Source: Porphyridium purpureum (lineage: Eukaryota). Taken from it: DNA of 64,000 bases. The stretch is taken from positions 1,488,001 through 1,552,000 of the forward strand of contig VRMN01000004.1 of assembly GCA_008690995.1 (NCBI GenBank). Reading direction: 5' to 3'. Of this stretch, positions 42,595-52,512 are shown one piece after another. Position 1 is the stretch's first letter. Each line of letters opens with the position of its first letter. Under the pieces are notes generated by a model that worked only from the letters and a program-made list of their open reading frames with translations, ran no database searches and was not told the origin of the DNA. Both the position numbers and the translations under genes were made by a program.

Positions 42595-45564
42595 TTATTC
42601 GTCCGCGGGCGAGGCGGCGCGCCGGAATTCAAACGGCGCGAATTTGTGCCCGCTGCCATGCAGGTTGTAGAACTTGTTCTGGAACTCGACCCAATGCAGA
42701 CGCAGCGCGTGCAGAAAGGCAGACAGGCTTTCCATGAGCATGAGCACGCCAATCGTCGCGGCCAGCCACAGGCACGCGCCGATCGCCATGCCGACCACGC
42801 TGCCGGCCTCGTACGGCAGCATCACAAGCTTCTCCAGGAACACGTCGCTCAGCTGCGCGTGCGCGAGCGACAGCGCCCACAGGCGCAGGTAGCTCGCCGT
42901 GTTGCTCACGGCGCCCAGCACAAACTCGATCGTGTGGATCATCTGGTGCACCATGATTTCCTGAAAGTCAAACGGCGCCTTGTCGCCCGAGTCATCATCC
43001 CCGCCACTGGCGCCCGCAGCGGCCTCATCGTCCAGCACAAACTCGTTCGCACTGCGCTCCTCCAACGCTGAGTAGCCGCGCCGCGTTCGGGAGCGCGCGC
43101 GCAGAATAAACGGCTTGGGGAAAAGCATCCACGGCACCGAAATCAGCGCCGCCAGCATCAGCACATTTTGCAGAACAGCTTGCATAGGGAAAAGCGATAG
43201 TTCACGCGGCACGGAGCCCGGCGACATGATCATACCGATCAAAATGGATTTCAAGTCTGGCGGGCCACACGCAAGCAAGCCATCAGGATCGCATGTTACG
43301 GCCGTCCAGTCGACATTCCACTTGAAGAAAATAAGCACCACGAGATACCCGAAAATCGAAAGCAGGAAAATGGCCTGCGGGACAAACTCGCAGAAGAAAT
43401 CTAGCGGCCGCGCAAAGTATCGAGCATTTTCTGCGCTCAAAACGAGGCCCATGAACATCTGACACACGCCAAGCACGATGGAGAGCTTCATCTTGTACGA
43501 GTTGAAGTAAACCAGACCGGTCTGCGATGACTTCCAGATCGGATCAAAGCCAAACGGATATGGAACGAGCGGAGGCAGCGCCAGCGCGGGGTCCTTGCAA
43601 TTGTCGACGCCGCACGCCATTTTTGATTCCATCGAGTAGAACCATCGCGTACCAAACAGGTCCAAGGGAACTGCAAAGAATTCGTTGTAAATGAATCCCG
43701 TATAAATACTGAACACGCCCATCAGAAAAATAATGTATCTACCTTGGAACGTCATTTGCACCATTTCACCAAGCGCTTTGCGCGCGAGCCGGCGCTCGGC
43801 AAGAATGAGGTACAGAGCGTACATCGCCATCAGGATACCGTGGCCAATGTCGCCAAACATCACTGCGAACAAGAAGGGAAACGTGACCACCAAGAACGGC
43901 GCAGGGTTCACTTCGCCATATTCCGCTATGCCATAGGACTCCACAATCGAATGGAACACTTCGGTGAACTTGTTTAGTCGAAAATAGGTCGGGGCACTGC
44001 CTTCCCGGAAGGTCTGCTGCTCCATCAAAGACGCGACTTGTGAGTTCGAGCGTCGCCGGCCTTCTTCCAATGCTTGCTCAATCTCCGGTATCGAAGCTTC
44101 GGGACACCAGCCTTCCGCAAGAAAGAGGCGCACCGAGGTATCAAAGTTGAGCAGATTGAGGCAGTGGAACACGGCTTTCTCACGCAAAATGGTGGCTTCC
44201 CACTTGGCCAAATCGCGAGCGATTTGACCCAAAATTTCATTGCGCTGTCTGGCAGAGCTTTCAAGTACCGCTTCCACGTCGCGCATGCGCTCCTCCAGCC
44301 GCGCAAGCGCGACCTCCTGCGCTGACGAATCCACCGGGATCGTGTACAGCGTCGCACGATATGCCTGACTCGTCTTGATGATTTTGTTCTTTAGCTCGTC
44401 TCCCGAGTAGAAGACGACCACAGGTCGCTTGCTCATGGTCTCGCTGGTCTCCGGGTCGAAGACTGTATGTGCGTTTCGAGACACGCGAACAATAGCATTG
44501 CCACGGGAGATGCGAAAGATCATGCGCTCGTACGCTGTGAGCGAAGAAGATTCAATCATTCCGCAGAAATAGCTGAGCGACGGGCTTTCCGAGCTGCCGG
44601 TGCGAAACTTTGGTCGCCGGTTGTCGCCACTTGCCGTGTCTGCTCCGTTGGCTCCGAAATGCTTGGCTGGCCCAACGCTGAGGGCAGATGGCTCCTCAAC
44701 TTCCACATCGTCAAGCAAGGAGCTGCGGTGCATGATTGGATCCAGCAGCTCGCCTATCTTGGCCTGGATGGTGCCTTTATTGTCGCTACGCACCTGCTCG
44801 CGACGCTTGCGCTGCAACGAAAGCCGCGACTCGTCGAGAAAGAGCTCAGCAACAAAATCCATCACCAAACGCATTTCCACGTACTGGTGGAACTGCATCT
44901 TCAGGAGCTGATCGTGGCGGTTCATATCCTGCATTCCCTTCTCCAGGCTTTCGAGCTGGTGGTTCAGATCGTCCATTCCTATGGCCGACTCGGAAGACGT
45001 GTGCTTCAGTGCTGCGCCTCTGACATCCGATGAAAGCCCTTCATCCTCGTCTTCGTCGAAATTGTCGTACGCGCTCTTGTCCAGCGCACTGCGATCATGC
45101 TCCAGCACTTGTGCCTTGAGGTAGTTGAGCTTGCGCATCATTTCGTCGCAGCGGCGCACGTCGGCTGCGAAGGAGCGCTGGAACGCGCTTGTTTCTGGGT
45201 TCAAATCCTGGAACTCAAACAAGCGCGTGTCGCCAAGCTCTTCAACTGTGGTCCGCGCCGCGGCGCGGTCAAAGTACAATCGGACGTGTACCATACGCTC
45301 AGATCGAAACAGCGCAAAGCTGCGGCCAGGCATCAACGCACTTGAAAAGCCGGTCGCGCGCGCATGTGCGCGCTTCTGCGCACCCGTCGCATTTCCCGCA
45401 GCCCTCATCCCACCTGCACCACCACCACGCGGCGTGTGCGCGCCAGGCGACGTGACGCCGACCGCGTCCCTCTCTCCAAGCATACCTCCGCCTCCCAAGC
45501 TCGCCTCGCGGCTCCGAAGCTGATCTAGCCCCATCTGACTCGTACTGGCCGACCCTCGCCGCAT
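42595..45564 (-). CDS. VHA-a: V-type H+-ATPase V0 subunit a
   Basis: LFRSERM, FQDLN, EVNP, FPFLFAVMFGD, YNEFF, SNTASYLRLWALSLAH (essential Arg), LRLHWVEF. Confidence 0.97.
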   Translation of the reverse strand: MRRGSASTSQMGLDQLRSREASLGGGGMLGERDAVGVTSPGAHTPRGGGAGGMRAAGNATGAQKRAHARATGFSSALMPGRSFALFRSERMVHVRLYFDRAAARTTVEELGDTRLFEFQDLNPETSAFQRSFAADVRRCDEMMRKLNYLKAQVLEHDRSALDKSAYDNFDEDEDEGLSSDVRGAALKHTSSESAIGMDDLNHQLESLEKGMQDMNRHDQLLKMQFHQYVEMRLVMDFVAELFLDESRLSLQRKRREQVRSDNKGTIQAKIGELLDPIMHRSSLLDDVEVEEPSALSVGPAKHFGANGADTASGDNRRPKFRTGSSESPSLSYFCGMIESSSLTAYERMIFRISRGNAIVRVSRNAHTVFDPETSETMSKRPVVVFYSGDELKNKIIKTSQAYRATLYTIPVDSSAQEVALARLEERMRDVEAVLESSARQRNEILGQIARDLAKWEATILREKAVFHCLNLLNFDTSVRLFLAEGWCPEASIPEIEQALEEGRRRSNSQVASLMEQQTFREGSAPTYFRLNKFTEVFHSIVESYGIAEYGEVNPAPFLVVTFPFLFAVMFGDIGHGILMAMYALYLILAERRLARKALGEMVQMTFQGRYIIFLMGVFSIYTGFIYNEFFAVPLDLFGTRWFYSMESKMACGVDNCKDPALALPPLVPYPFGFDPIWKSSQTGLVYFNSYKMKLSIVLGVCQMFMGLVLSAENARYFARPLDFFCEFVPQAIFLLSIFGYLVVLIFFKWNVDWTAVTCDPDGLLACGPPDLKSILIGMIMSPGSVPRELSLFPMQAVLQNVLMLAALISVPWMLFPKPFILRARSRTRRGYSALEERSANEFVLDDEAAAGASGGDDDSGDKAPFDFQEIMVHQMIHTIEFVLGAVSNTASYLRLWALSLAHAQLSDVFLEKLVMLPYEAGSVVGMAIGACLWLAATIGVLMLMESLSAFLHALRLHWVEFQNKFYNLHGSGHKFAPFEFRRAASPADE

Positions 45565-45902
45565 GCTTTCACGCCTCCACCATTCGCACCTACCTCCTCC
45601 TCTCTCTCCCCCTCTCTCTCTCGGTCTCTCTCTCTCTTTCTCTTCTTGCCACTTGCGCGTTCACTTTGCACCACGCGTTCTTCCCGCTCCATCCAACTGC
45701 GGTACAGTCGAAATTCGCATAGTAAACCAGGACGCTTTTGATATGCATTTCACGGTTAGGGTTTTGTGTGGCGCGCGTGTCCTTTGTCGAGCAGTACAAA
45801 GAGTACAGTGAGGAGAGGGTGTACAGTGTGGGTCAGAGGTGGTGGTTGGTTGGGGAATGAAGTAGAGGCGAGGTGAAAGACGGGCAGGAGGAAGAAATCG
45901 GC

Positions 45903-46364
45903 ATGATGGAGGAGCGCAAGTCGGTGTTGTTTGTGTGCCTGGGTAACATCAATCGGTCTGCGGTGGCCGAGGCGATTCTGAGGCAGAGGTATGCGTCGCC
46001 GCAGGTGAAGATCAAGAGCGCGGGAACGGGCGGCCATTTTGAAGGGTGTGGCGCGGATCCGGATATGAAGGCCGCCGCGCAGCTGAAAGGGTTGGATATG
46101 TCCGCGCATGTGGCCAAGCAGGTCACAAGGCAGGACCTGATCGAGTACGATATCGTTTGCGCCATGGATTCGGAAAATTTGCGCGGCGTGAAACGCTTGT
46201 GTCCGAACATGGCGCACAAAATGGTGCTCTTGCTTCCGCACTACGCGCCGGAACTCGCGCTCCAGGACACGCCGGATCCATACTACACTGGTGGCCACGC
46301 GGCTGTCATTGATATCATCGATGCGGCCGTGAAAAATCTGGCCGACAAGGAGAACCTGCGGTGA
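45903..46364 (+). CDS. Low-molecular-weight protein tyrosine phosphatase, intact active site
   Basis: VLFVCLGNINRS (C-x5-R P-loop), SAGT, YDIVCAMD, DTPDPYY. Confidence 0.92.
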   Translation: MMEERKSVLFVCLGNINRSAVAEAILRQRYASPQVKIKSAGTGGHFEGCGADPDMKAAAQLKGLDMSAHVAKQVTRQDLIEYDIVCAMDSENLRGVKRLCPNMAHKMVLLLPHYAPELALQDTPDPYYTGGHAAVIDIIDAAVKNLADKENLR

Positions 46365-46526
46365 CAAGGGGACTCGCACAGAAAACGGCGCTTCAAACGG
46401 TTGATGCCACGATTCGCCGATAAACCGACAAGGTTTGGCGTCGCAACACACACACATTAGAGGGTGGGCGCGGAGGGTGATTGCTGGCACGTGCGCGGGC
46501 GCGGGCGCGAGCGCGAGAGCGGCATC

Positions 46527-47021
46527 ATGGGGCGTCGACCGCCGCGATACTGGAAGTCCGTGCTGTTTGTGGGCTTTATTAATTCGCATCGGTCGGCGGC
46601 GGCCGAGTGGATTCTGCGGACAAGGTATGCATCGCCTTTTGTGACGATTAGGAGTGCCGGCACGCATGGGTTTCACTGGTCGCATGGCGCCGACTCAGTC
46701 ATGATAAAGGCGTGCCTGTTTCGAAACATCGATCTGACGTATCATGTGGCAAAAAAGGTGTACGCCGAAGATATCATGGAGTATGACATCATCTGTGCGA
46801 TGGACTCGGAGAATTTGCGCGACGTGAAGGAAATGTGCCAGAACGAGAATGTTCCGCAAGAAAAGATAGACTCAATCTCGCTTTTACTTCCCAAGTATGC
46901 GCCGCAGCTCAATCTCACGGACGTGCCGAATCCAGCTCCTACCAAGACGTATGCCCGCGTGATCGAAATGATCGACGCTGCTGTGCGAAATCTCGCCGAG
47001 GTCGAGAATCTGCGGGATTAA
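46527..47021 (+). CDS. LMW-PTP paralogue lacking catalytic Cys and Asp (pseudophosphatase)
   Basis: Collinear with the upstream copy but reads VLFVGFINSHRS and DVPNP. Confidence 0.85.
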   Translation: MGRRPPRYWKSVLFVGFINSHRSAAAEWILRTRYASPFVTIRSAGTHGFHWSHGADSVMIKACLFRNIDLTYHVAKKVYAEDIMEYDIICAMDSENLRDVKEMCQNENVPQEKIDSISLLLPKYAPQLNLTDVPNPAPTKTYARVIEMIDAAVRNLAEVENLRD

Positions 47022-47428
47022 GGGCGGTGTGTGGGCGATCTTCAGCTTTTCAGTGCAATGGCGCCGCTGCGACGCGTCATCCCGGTGTCGTCAGTCGGAC
47101 ATGATTCAGGCCGCGGCGCCAATGTCAAACCGAGACCGTCGAGCTTTCTGCAAATTAAAGGAAAATTTCTCGGTACAGAAAATTTCGAAGTTTCCAGCGC
47201 GGGCGTCGGTCGACAAGGGTCGCACGGAGCGCCGCAGTGTCCACACTTTCACAGACGCAGAAACAGCGCCCCGCGAATTGACGAGCACGTCGACGGCGCC
47301 ACAAACAGCGTGTGTTGTGAGCAGCGCGCAGCGATATTGTTTTTGTCGCTTGCGTGTTTGACTAGGACGCGAAACGCAGAGCGAGCCGGGTCGTCGTGGC
47401 GTGAGCTCTTGCCAAGGCCTTCCCTGCC

Positions 47429-48052
47429 ATGGCTTTCGCTGTTTCTCCCCCGTTCCGGCTCTCGCTCGGGTTGGCAGCGCGTGGAGCGGATCGGGACGGC
47501 GCTGATACCATGCGCTCTTGTCCGCAGACGAGAGAGCGTGGTGTCGTGAGGCACGGGACGAGCAGTAGGGGAACCGCGTTCTTGGGCAGACCATTGCAGC
47601 ATGCGACCTTGGCGCAGCTGCCGCGCGGTGGTGTGAAAGCGGTAACAGCCAAGGGGTCTGCGCAGCTGGTGATGCAGAGGCAGCGGCCACGGAACAAGAC
47701 GAACAGGATGCCGGACAAGGGCTGGGACGAGTTTAACTGGGAGCGACCAGACTTTGGTTTTGGCGACCAGGAGGATGTAAAGCGCAAACTGCCGAGTATT
47801 CCTCGCAGCAAGATGCGGGAGTGGTGCAAGCGGCACGGCCTCAGCTTCCGCACACACGTCACGATGCGCCCGCAGCGCCACTTCCCGAAGCCGTGGTTCT
47901 GTACCACATACGTTCGGTCCAAGATACAGTCGTGGAAAACGATTGGTGACCATACGTCCAAGCTCGGCTCTGTCGACGAGTCGATCAATAAGATGTATCG
48001 CCATCTCCTCAAAGACAAGCGCTTTAAGCGATGGGACGACCCGCTCTTCTAG
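47429..48052 (+). CDS. Hypothetical protein, plastid-type N-terminus, C-terminal dsRBD-like domain
   Basis: MAFAVSP start; about 80-aa domain shared with the downstream gene. Confidence 0.7.
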   Translation: MAFAVSPPFRLSLGLAARGADRDGADTMRSCPQTRERGVVRHGTSSRGTAFLGRPLQHATLAQLPRGGVKAVTAKGSAQLVMQRQRPRNKTNRMPDKGWDEFNWERPDFGFGDQEDVKRKLPSIPRSKMREWCKRHGLSFRTHVTMRPQRHFPKPWFCTTYVRSKIQSWKTIGDHTSKLGSVDESINKMYRHLLKDKRFKRWDDPLF

Positions 48053-48277
48053 TCCGCCTGAGTAAAAATTAACCTCCGATCAGCTTCACGAAAGGTAACG
48101 TGACTGTGCCGGCTAAGAGTGCGAGCTTGGATAGCGTTGCGCCTTGATCGTCTCTTTGGTCCCTCCCTCCCCCTTGCGGGCTGCTGCGTGCACACCGGGC
48201 TGTCCACTCCTCGCCTTCGTGTTTGGTCGTCCAGGAACGCGTCGCGAGGCGCAGGAAGTCGTTTGTCTTTTGTCGCC

Positions 48278-49240
48278 ATGCTTCGCGCATTGACGCTGCG
48301 GGGTGCTTTGGAGAGGTTGCGGCCGGCTCTCTCGGGCATGTATGCCCGTGCGGTGGCGTCGAGTCCGAGCCGTCTGGAGGGAGTGAGTGAAGCCGAGTTT
48401 GGGGAATGGGATCTAGATGCGCTCGACGACGGGACAGCCGGCGGGAAAGGCCAGGGCAAAGTGCCAAAGTCGAAGCTAGTGCCAGAATTTGGAGCGTACT
48501 TTGTGGATGAAGATGACTGGGGCATCCCACCGATACACAAGCGCAAGCCCACACAGCGTGAGAAGCCCAATCTGCGAGACGGCGACAAGGCTAAAGCCAT
48601 GCCTGATCACGGCGCCACAGACGCGGCGTGGAAGCATGATTTGTGGGACGCAGAGAAAGAGTCAGAGAGCAAGTCGATGTCATGGGGCGAGCGCCTGGAC
48701 GACGCAGACGATGCGAAACGCCGACGCTCGAGAATACCGCGCAACAAAATGAAAAAGTGGTGCAAGCAGCATGGTTTGACCTTCCGTACGTGGACAACGA
48801 TGCGGCCGCAACGCTTGCACGCCAAGCCGTGGATATGCATCACGTACTGCAAGTCCAAGGACCCGCCGCGCAGTTGGGAGTGCAAGGCTTCGAACAAATC
48901 CAAACTTGGCTCTGTCGACGACTCGATCAACAAGCTGTACAAGTTTCTGCTACGAGACAAGAAGCGCTTCCGCGTGTGGGATCATGTGGACATTGACCAG
49001 CCGCTGTTCCCGAGGGCGAAGGGCCCCAAGGCTGATGCGTTGGCAAAGGCATCTCAGTCATGGACTCTGGCCGACATCCAGCAGGCCAACAACCCAAAGA
49101 AGGGCACGCCGAGCGCGCCTCCAAAGCCCCCGCAAGTTGAACGCATCATGTTAGACGCCGACGCCATGAGCGACAACCCAGATGATGAGCAACAGAGTGC
49201 CCACGCCAATCAAAACGCAAAACCAGACACCCTGTGGTAA
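48278..49240 (+). CDS. Hypothetical protein, mitochondrial-type N-terminus, dsRBD-like domain (paralogue of the upstream gene)
   Basis: MLRALTLRGALERLRPALSGMYARAVAS presequence; the shared domain is about 60% identical by manual alignment. Confidence 0.72.
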   Translation: MLRALTLRGALERLRPALSGMYARAVASSPSRLEGVSEAEFGEWDLDALDDGTAGGKGQGKVPKSKLVPEFGAYFVDEDDWGIPPIHKRKPTQREKPNLRDGDKAKAMPDHGATDAAWKHDLWDAEKESESKSMSWGERLDDADDAKRRRSRIPRNKMKKWCKQHGLTFRTWTTMRPQRLHAKPWICITYCKSKDPPRSWECKASNKSKLGSVDDSINKLYKFLLRDKKRFRVWDHVDIDQPLFPRAKGPKADALAKASQSWTLADIQQANNPKKGTPSAPPKPPQVERIMLDADAMSDNPDDEQQSAHANQNAKPDTLW

Positions 49241-49666
49241 TCTGCGGGCAGCTCATTCTCACCACGCCATCTTTTCATATCCGCGTCAAGAATTTGGCGC
49301 CGTGAAACCAGTCCAGTCTCCAGACCATAGAGCTTCGAGCGCAGTAAGCCAAGCAAGCCATGATACATGCGGCTGGCGCCGAGCAGCGCTGTATCCGCGC
49401 AGACAACTCAGCTCGTACATGGTGCCGTTGTCGCCGCTGCCGAGGACAAGCCCCTTGCACGTGCCCGAGCCGGGACCATACCAGAGGATGACGCATGTAC
49501 AGTTATGGCGTAAGCACGATCTATCTCATATGAAAATGCGCTGCTTTGATAGAGCTTTAAAGTACAGTTTGAGTAAAATGTGTGTGAAATTGCCTGAACA
49601 AATTACCAGTGGTGAACGAGAAGAGATGAAAGACGAGCAAGGAGATGTTTGGCGGATGGGTTAGTC

Positions 49667-50311
49667 ATGGCAGCGCTAGAGGACAAGAGTCGCGAGCTGG
49701 CGGCGTCCGAGAATGTGGAACACGCTTCGGAACAGATTCCGTCAGTAGCATGCGCCCACGAAGGTCAGGAAGCTGCGCGGCTGCCTGAGTTGGCCGTCGA
49801 GCTGGAATTGTCCGAGGAGCTCGTGCTGGCAGCACAGCGGGAGTATCAGAGTTTTATCTTGAAACAGGGCGGGACGGCTGCCGTGGAAGAACCGCTTGAG
49901 CAGGGGTATCGCCTGTATGTCGAACTGGCAGAGCATGTCGTGAATGAACTCGCCAAATTTTCAAGCACTGCGCATACCGCGCCCGAACGCAGGAAAACGC
50001 ATGTGTATGTACCACCCGAGAAAGGCGGTAGTGAAGGGGCTGGGATCGAAATTTGTATTTGCGACGAGCTCAACCAGGTCGTGCACCGCGTGCCGTATCG
50101 CGCGCAGCTCAGCGTGACGCCCAAAGTGCCTGGTACCAAGATGTACTTTGCAGTGGCAGACCAATGTGAAGGCCCGGAAAGTGTCACTGACAAAGAACAG
50201 GAGCCCAGCAAATCTGCGCAGCCGCAAAATCCAAACGCTTCTTCGAATCGAGTCCACTTTGCCGGCAGCTCAACGACTCGCGTGGTTATCGAGCAGCTCG
50301 CGACTGGCTAG
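49667..50311 (+). CDS. Hypothetical protein (about 214 aa)
   Basis: Protein-like acidic helical N-half and beta-rich C-half; two GTACAGT motifs upstream; no family recognised. Confidence 0.55.
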   Translation: MAALEDKSRELAASENVEHASEQIPSVACAHEGQEAARLPELAVELELSEELVLAAQREYQSFILKQGGTAAVEEPLEQGYRLYVELAEHVVNELAKFSSTAHTAPERRKTHVYVPPEKGGSEGAGIEICICDELNQVVHRVPYRAQLSVTPKVPGTKMYFAVADQCEGPESVTDKEQEPSKSAQPQNPNASSNRVHFAGSSTTRVVIEQLATG

Positions 50312-51580
50312 TCAGCGTGGCTTCCGTGACCGGGTGTAGAGTGCGTCAACTTTCAATCCTTGTCTGCACCACGTGGCGTCACGAAGATTTTGCACTTGAG
50401 ATCGTAGAGAGTAACACCAGAATACCTGGGTGTCGACTGAGCGCATGGACTTTTTTTCTTCAGCGCCGGAGAACCTGTCGACGAATAAACGCGATCAGAA
50501 AATGCCCAGTCAACAATGCGATCGCATGGCCTAGTCACCTCGCATTTTACTCTGCGCATCAAGTAATCGCATGTTCTTGCATGAAAAGAATGACCACGAA
50601 GTCTCAGGCAAATTTCATGTCATTTCACCGGACCACGCAGCGGCTACTCGTTGAATTTCCGAAGCTTGCTGCTGAGTGGAATTGTACGCCTTGTACGGAA
50701 TTTCAACCGCTGTGCAATGCAAAGTGCAAGTCCTTCATCTTTCGCGCAAGGGCCAAATAATGCAACGCCCCATAGGTGGAAAGGAAAACATTTGACGGAA
50801 GTATGTGCCAACGCCAGACCCGCGCACAACGCTCTGCACTGAGATAGCATGCCGCGGTATGTTTGCCGTCGGAGACGGTTACAAAGTCAAGCCACCCCAC
50901 CCAAATTGACGTTGCCCATTGGAAACGCTGCGATTGGCGCGATTCAAGCAGGACACGTAGACCATCATGAACGATGAAATAAACCACCGCGGTGTGGTCA
51001 AGTCGTTGGTAAACGGCTCGTTGCTGCGTGAGACTGCATTGCTAGCAGCAAAGGACGACATCAATATGTGTCGTCCGTACGAGCCGTCGAGCTACAACGA
51101 GGTTGTCGTCATGCCTGACCGGTGTACGCATGAGCACAAACGACACTGTCTCGGAACCGGATATTCGGCCACAGTTATGGTGACCACTGTTATTTCGATG
51201 AAATCCGTCACCTTGAAGAACGCAATGTTCCGCGCTCCTAAAACGTGTGCGGACCCTCCAAGATATCCAGAAAACGACTACTGTGCCAACATCGCTTGCC
51301 ATCACTCGATTGCCGATTCGAAGGCTGCGCATTCAAGGTATGCAAAACGACATTGCAAGAGATCTCCGCCGTTTCCACATAATGCTTGCAGCGGTGCCAG
51401 ATCCGCAGTCCTCAGGTAAATAAAAGAATTGATGCCTTTGAAACTCGCGCTCGCACTCGAGTGCGAACGCCGCATCAGGAAAAGCATCCATGAAAGACTC
51501 CAAGCCGCACAAGGAGCTTTATTTGGATATCTTGTCACATGTCACGCATCACTGCTAGTCACCACTTCTCCAACGGGCCG

Positions 51581-51814
51581 CTACCCTTCACTGGCTTGCA
51601 AGTCGATTGGACCAGCTTTGTGCAGCCAGCCTGGACGACGAGGCCTTCTGCGCGTCGTGGCGGACACCTTGCCCTTCTGGGCTGCGGGGTCCTCGGTACC
51701 CTTCTTCTTCTGGGCCTCTGTCTTCATGGGCTTCTTTCACGAGGGCTTCTTTTGTGGAGCCCGACCGCTGCCGCCTCTACCGCTGCTCGACTCGCTGTCG
51801 CTGTCTGTGTCCGA
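51581..51814 (-). pseudogene. Possible decayed fragment of a Ser/Asp/Lys low-complexity protein gene
   Basis: Reads SDTDSDSESSS...QKKPS*KKPMKTEAQKKKGTEDPAAQKGK with an internal TGA at 51737-51739; no start codon found. Confidence 0.3.
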
Positions 51815-52512
51815 ACCGACTGCACCTACGCTGGCAGAGTGTCGTTTTGTCGCGCGCGCAAAACAAAGCCACCGCGCTCGATCACCGCCGCAGCCCGTGC
51901 GTCGGCGCCTCCGAGTGACTTTTCCATCCTATCGCGCACGCCGCCAGTGTTGATTTCCAATGATACGCTGCTGACCCGAGCCACGTCACATCCACAGCGC
52001 GGCGCAACCGGCGCCGACGGTTCTTCCAGAAAACGCGGGGCTGCAACCGCCTCGCGATGACACTCGAGCTCAACCTGCCTTTGACACCGTGACCATTTAA
52101 ATGCCGTGCGCTATCGCGGTGCCGGCCACCAGATCTCGCGCGGCAACTACATGCAGTGGCCTTGGTTGATGATGTTGTTGTTGTTCTTGTAGTTGTTGCT
52201 CTGCATTGAACCAGCTGGACCACCTCAACTGCGGAGATTTTGTTTGCCTCCACCTGAGGTACAGTGATTCTTCGAGGATAAAGTACAGTTTCATAATCAA
52301 TGGATTAATTTAATGTTTTGTTTAAGAATAATAATCGGGTTATTATAATGCGCAGTGGTTAAAGTGAATGTTAAACTCTTGTAGCGGCTGTTGGAGGAAG
52401 ATGCAGCGGCTGGAGAGAGAAGGACGGCATCAAGTTGGACTGCACGTATGCGTGTGTTGGGAAACGGCGAACGAAGGCCGTGCCGGAGCTGTAGAAAGGA
52501 CACAAGCTGAAG

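Noticed and set aside
51737..51739. In-frame TGA as selenocysteine or readthrough
   Set aside because: Low-complexity context, no redox motif, no start codon and no SECIS recognised.
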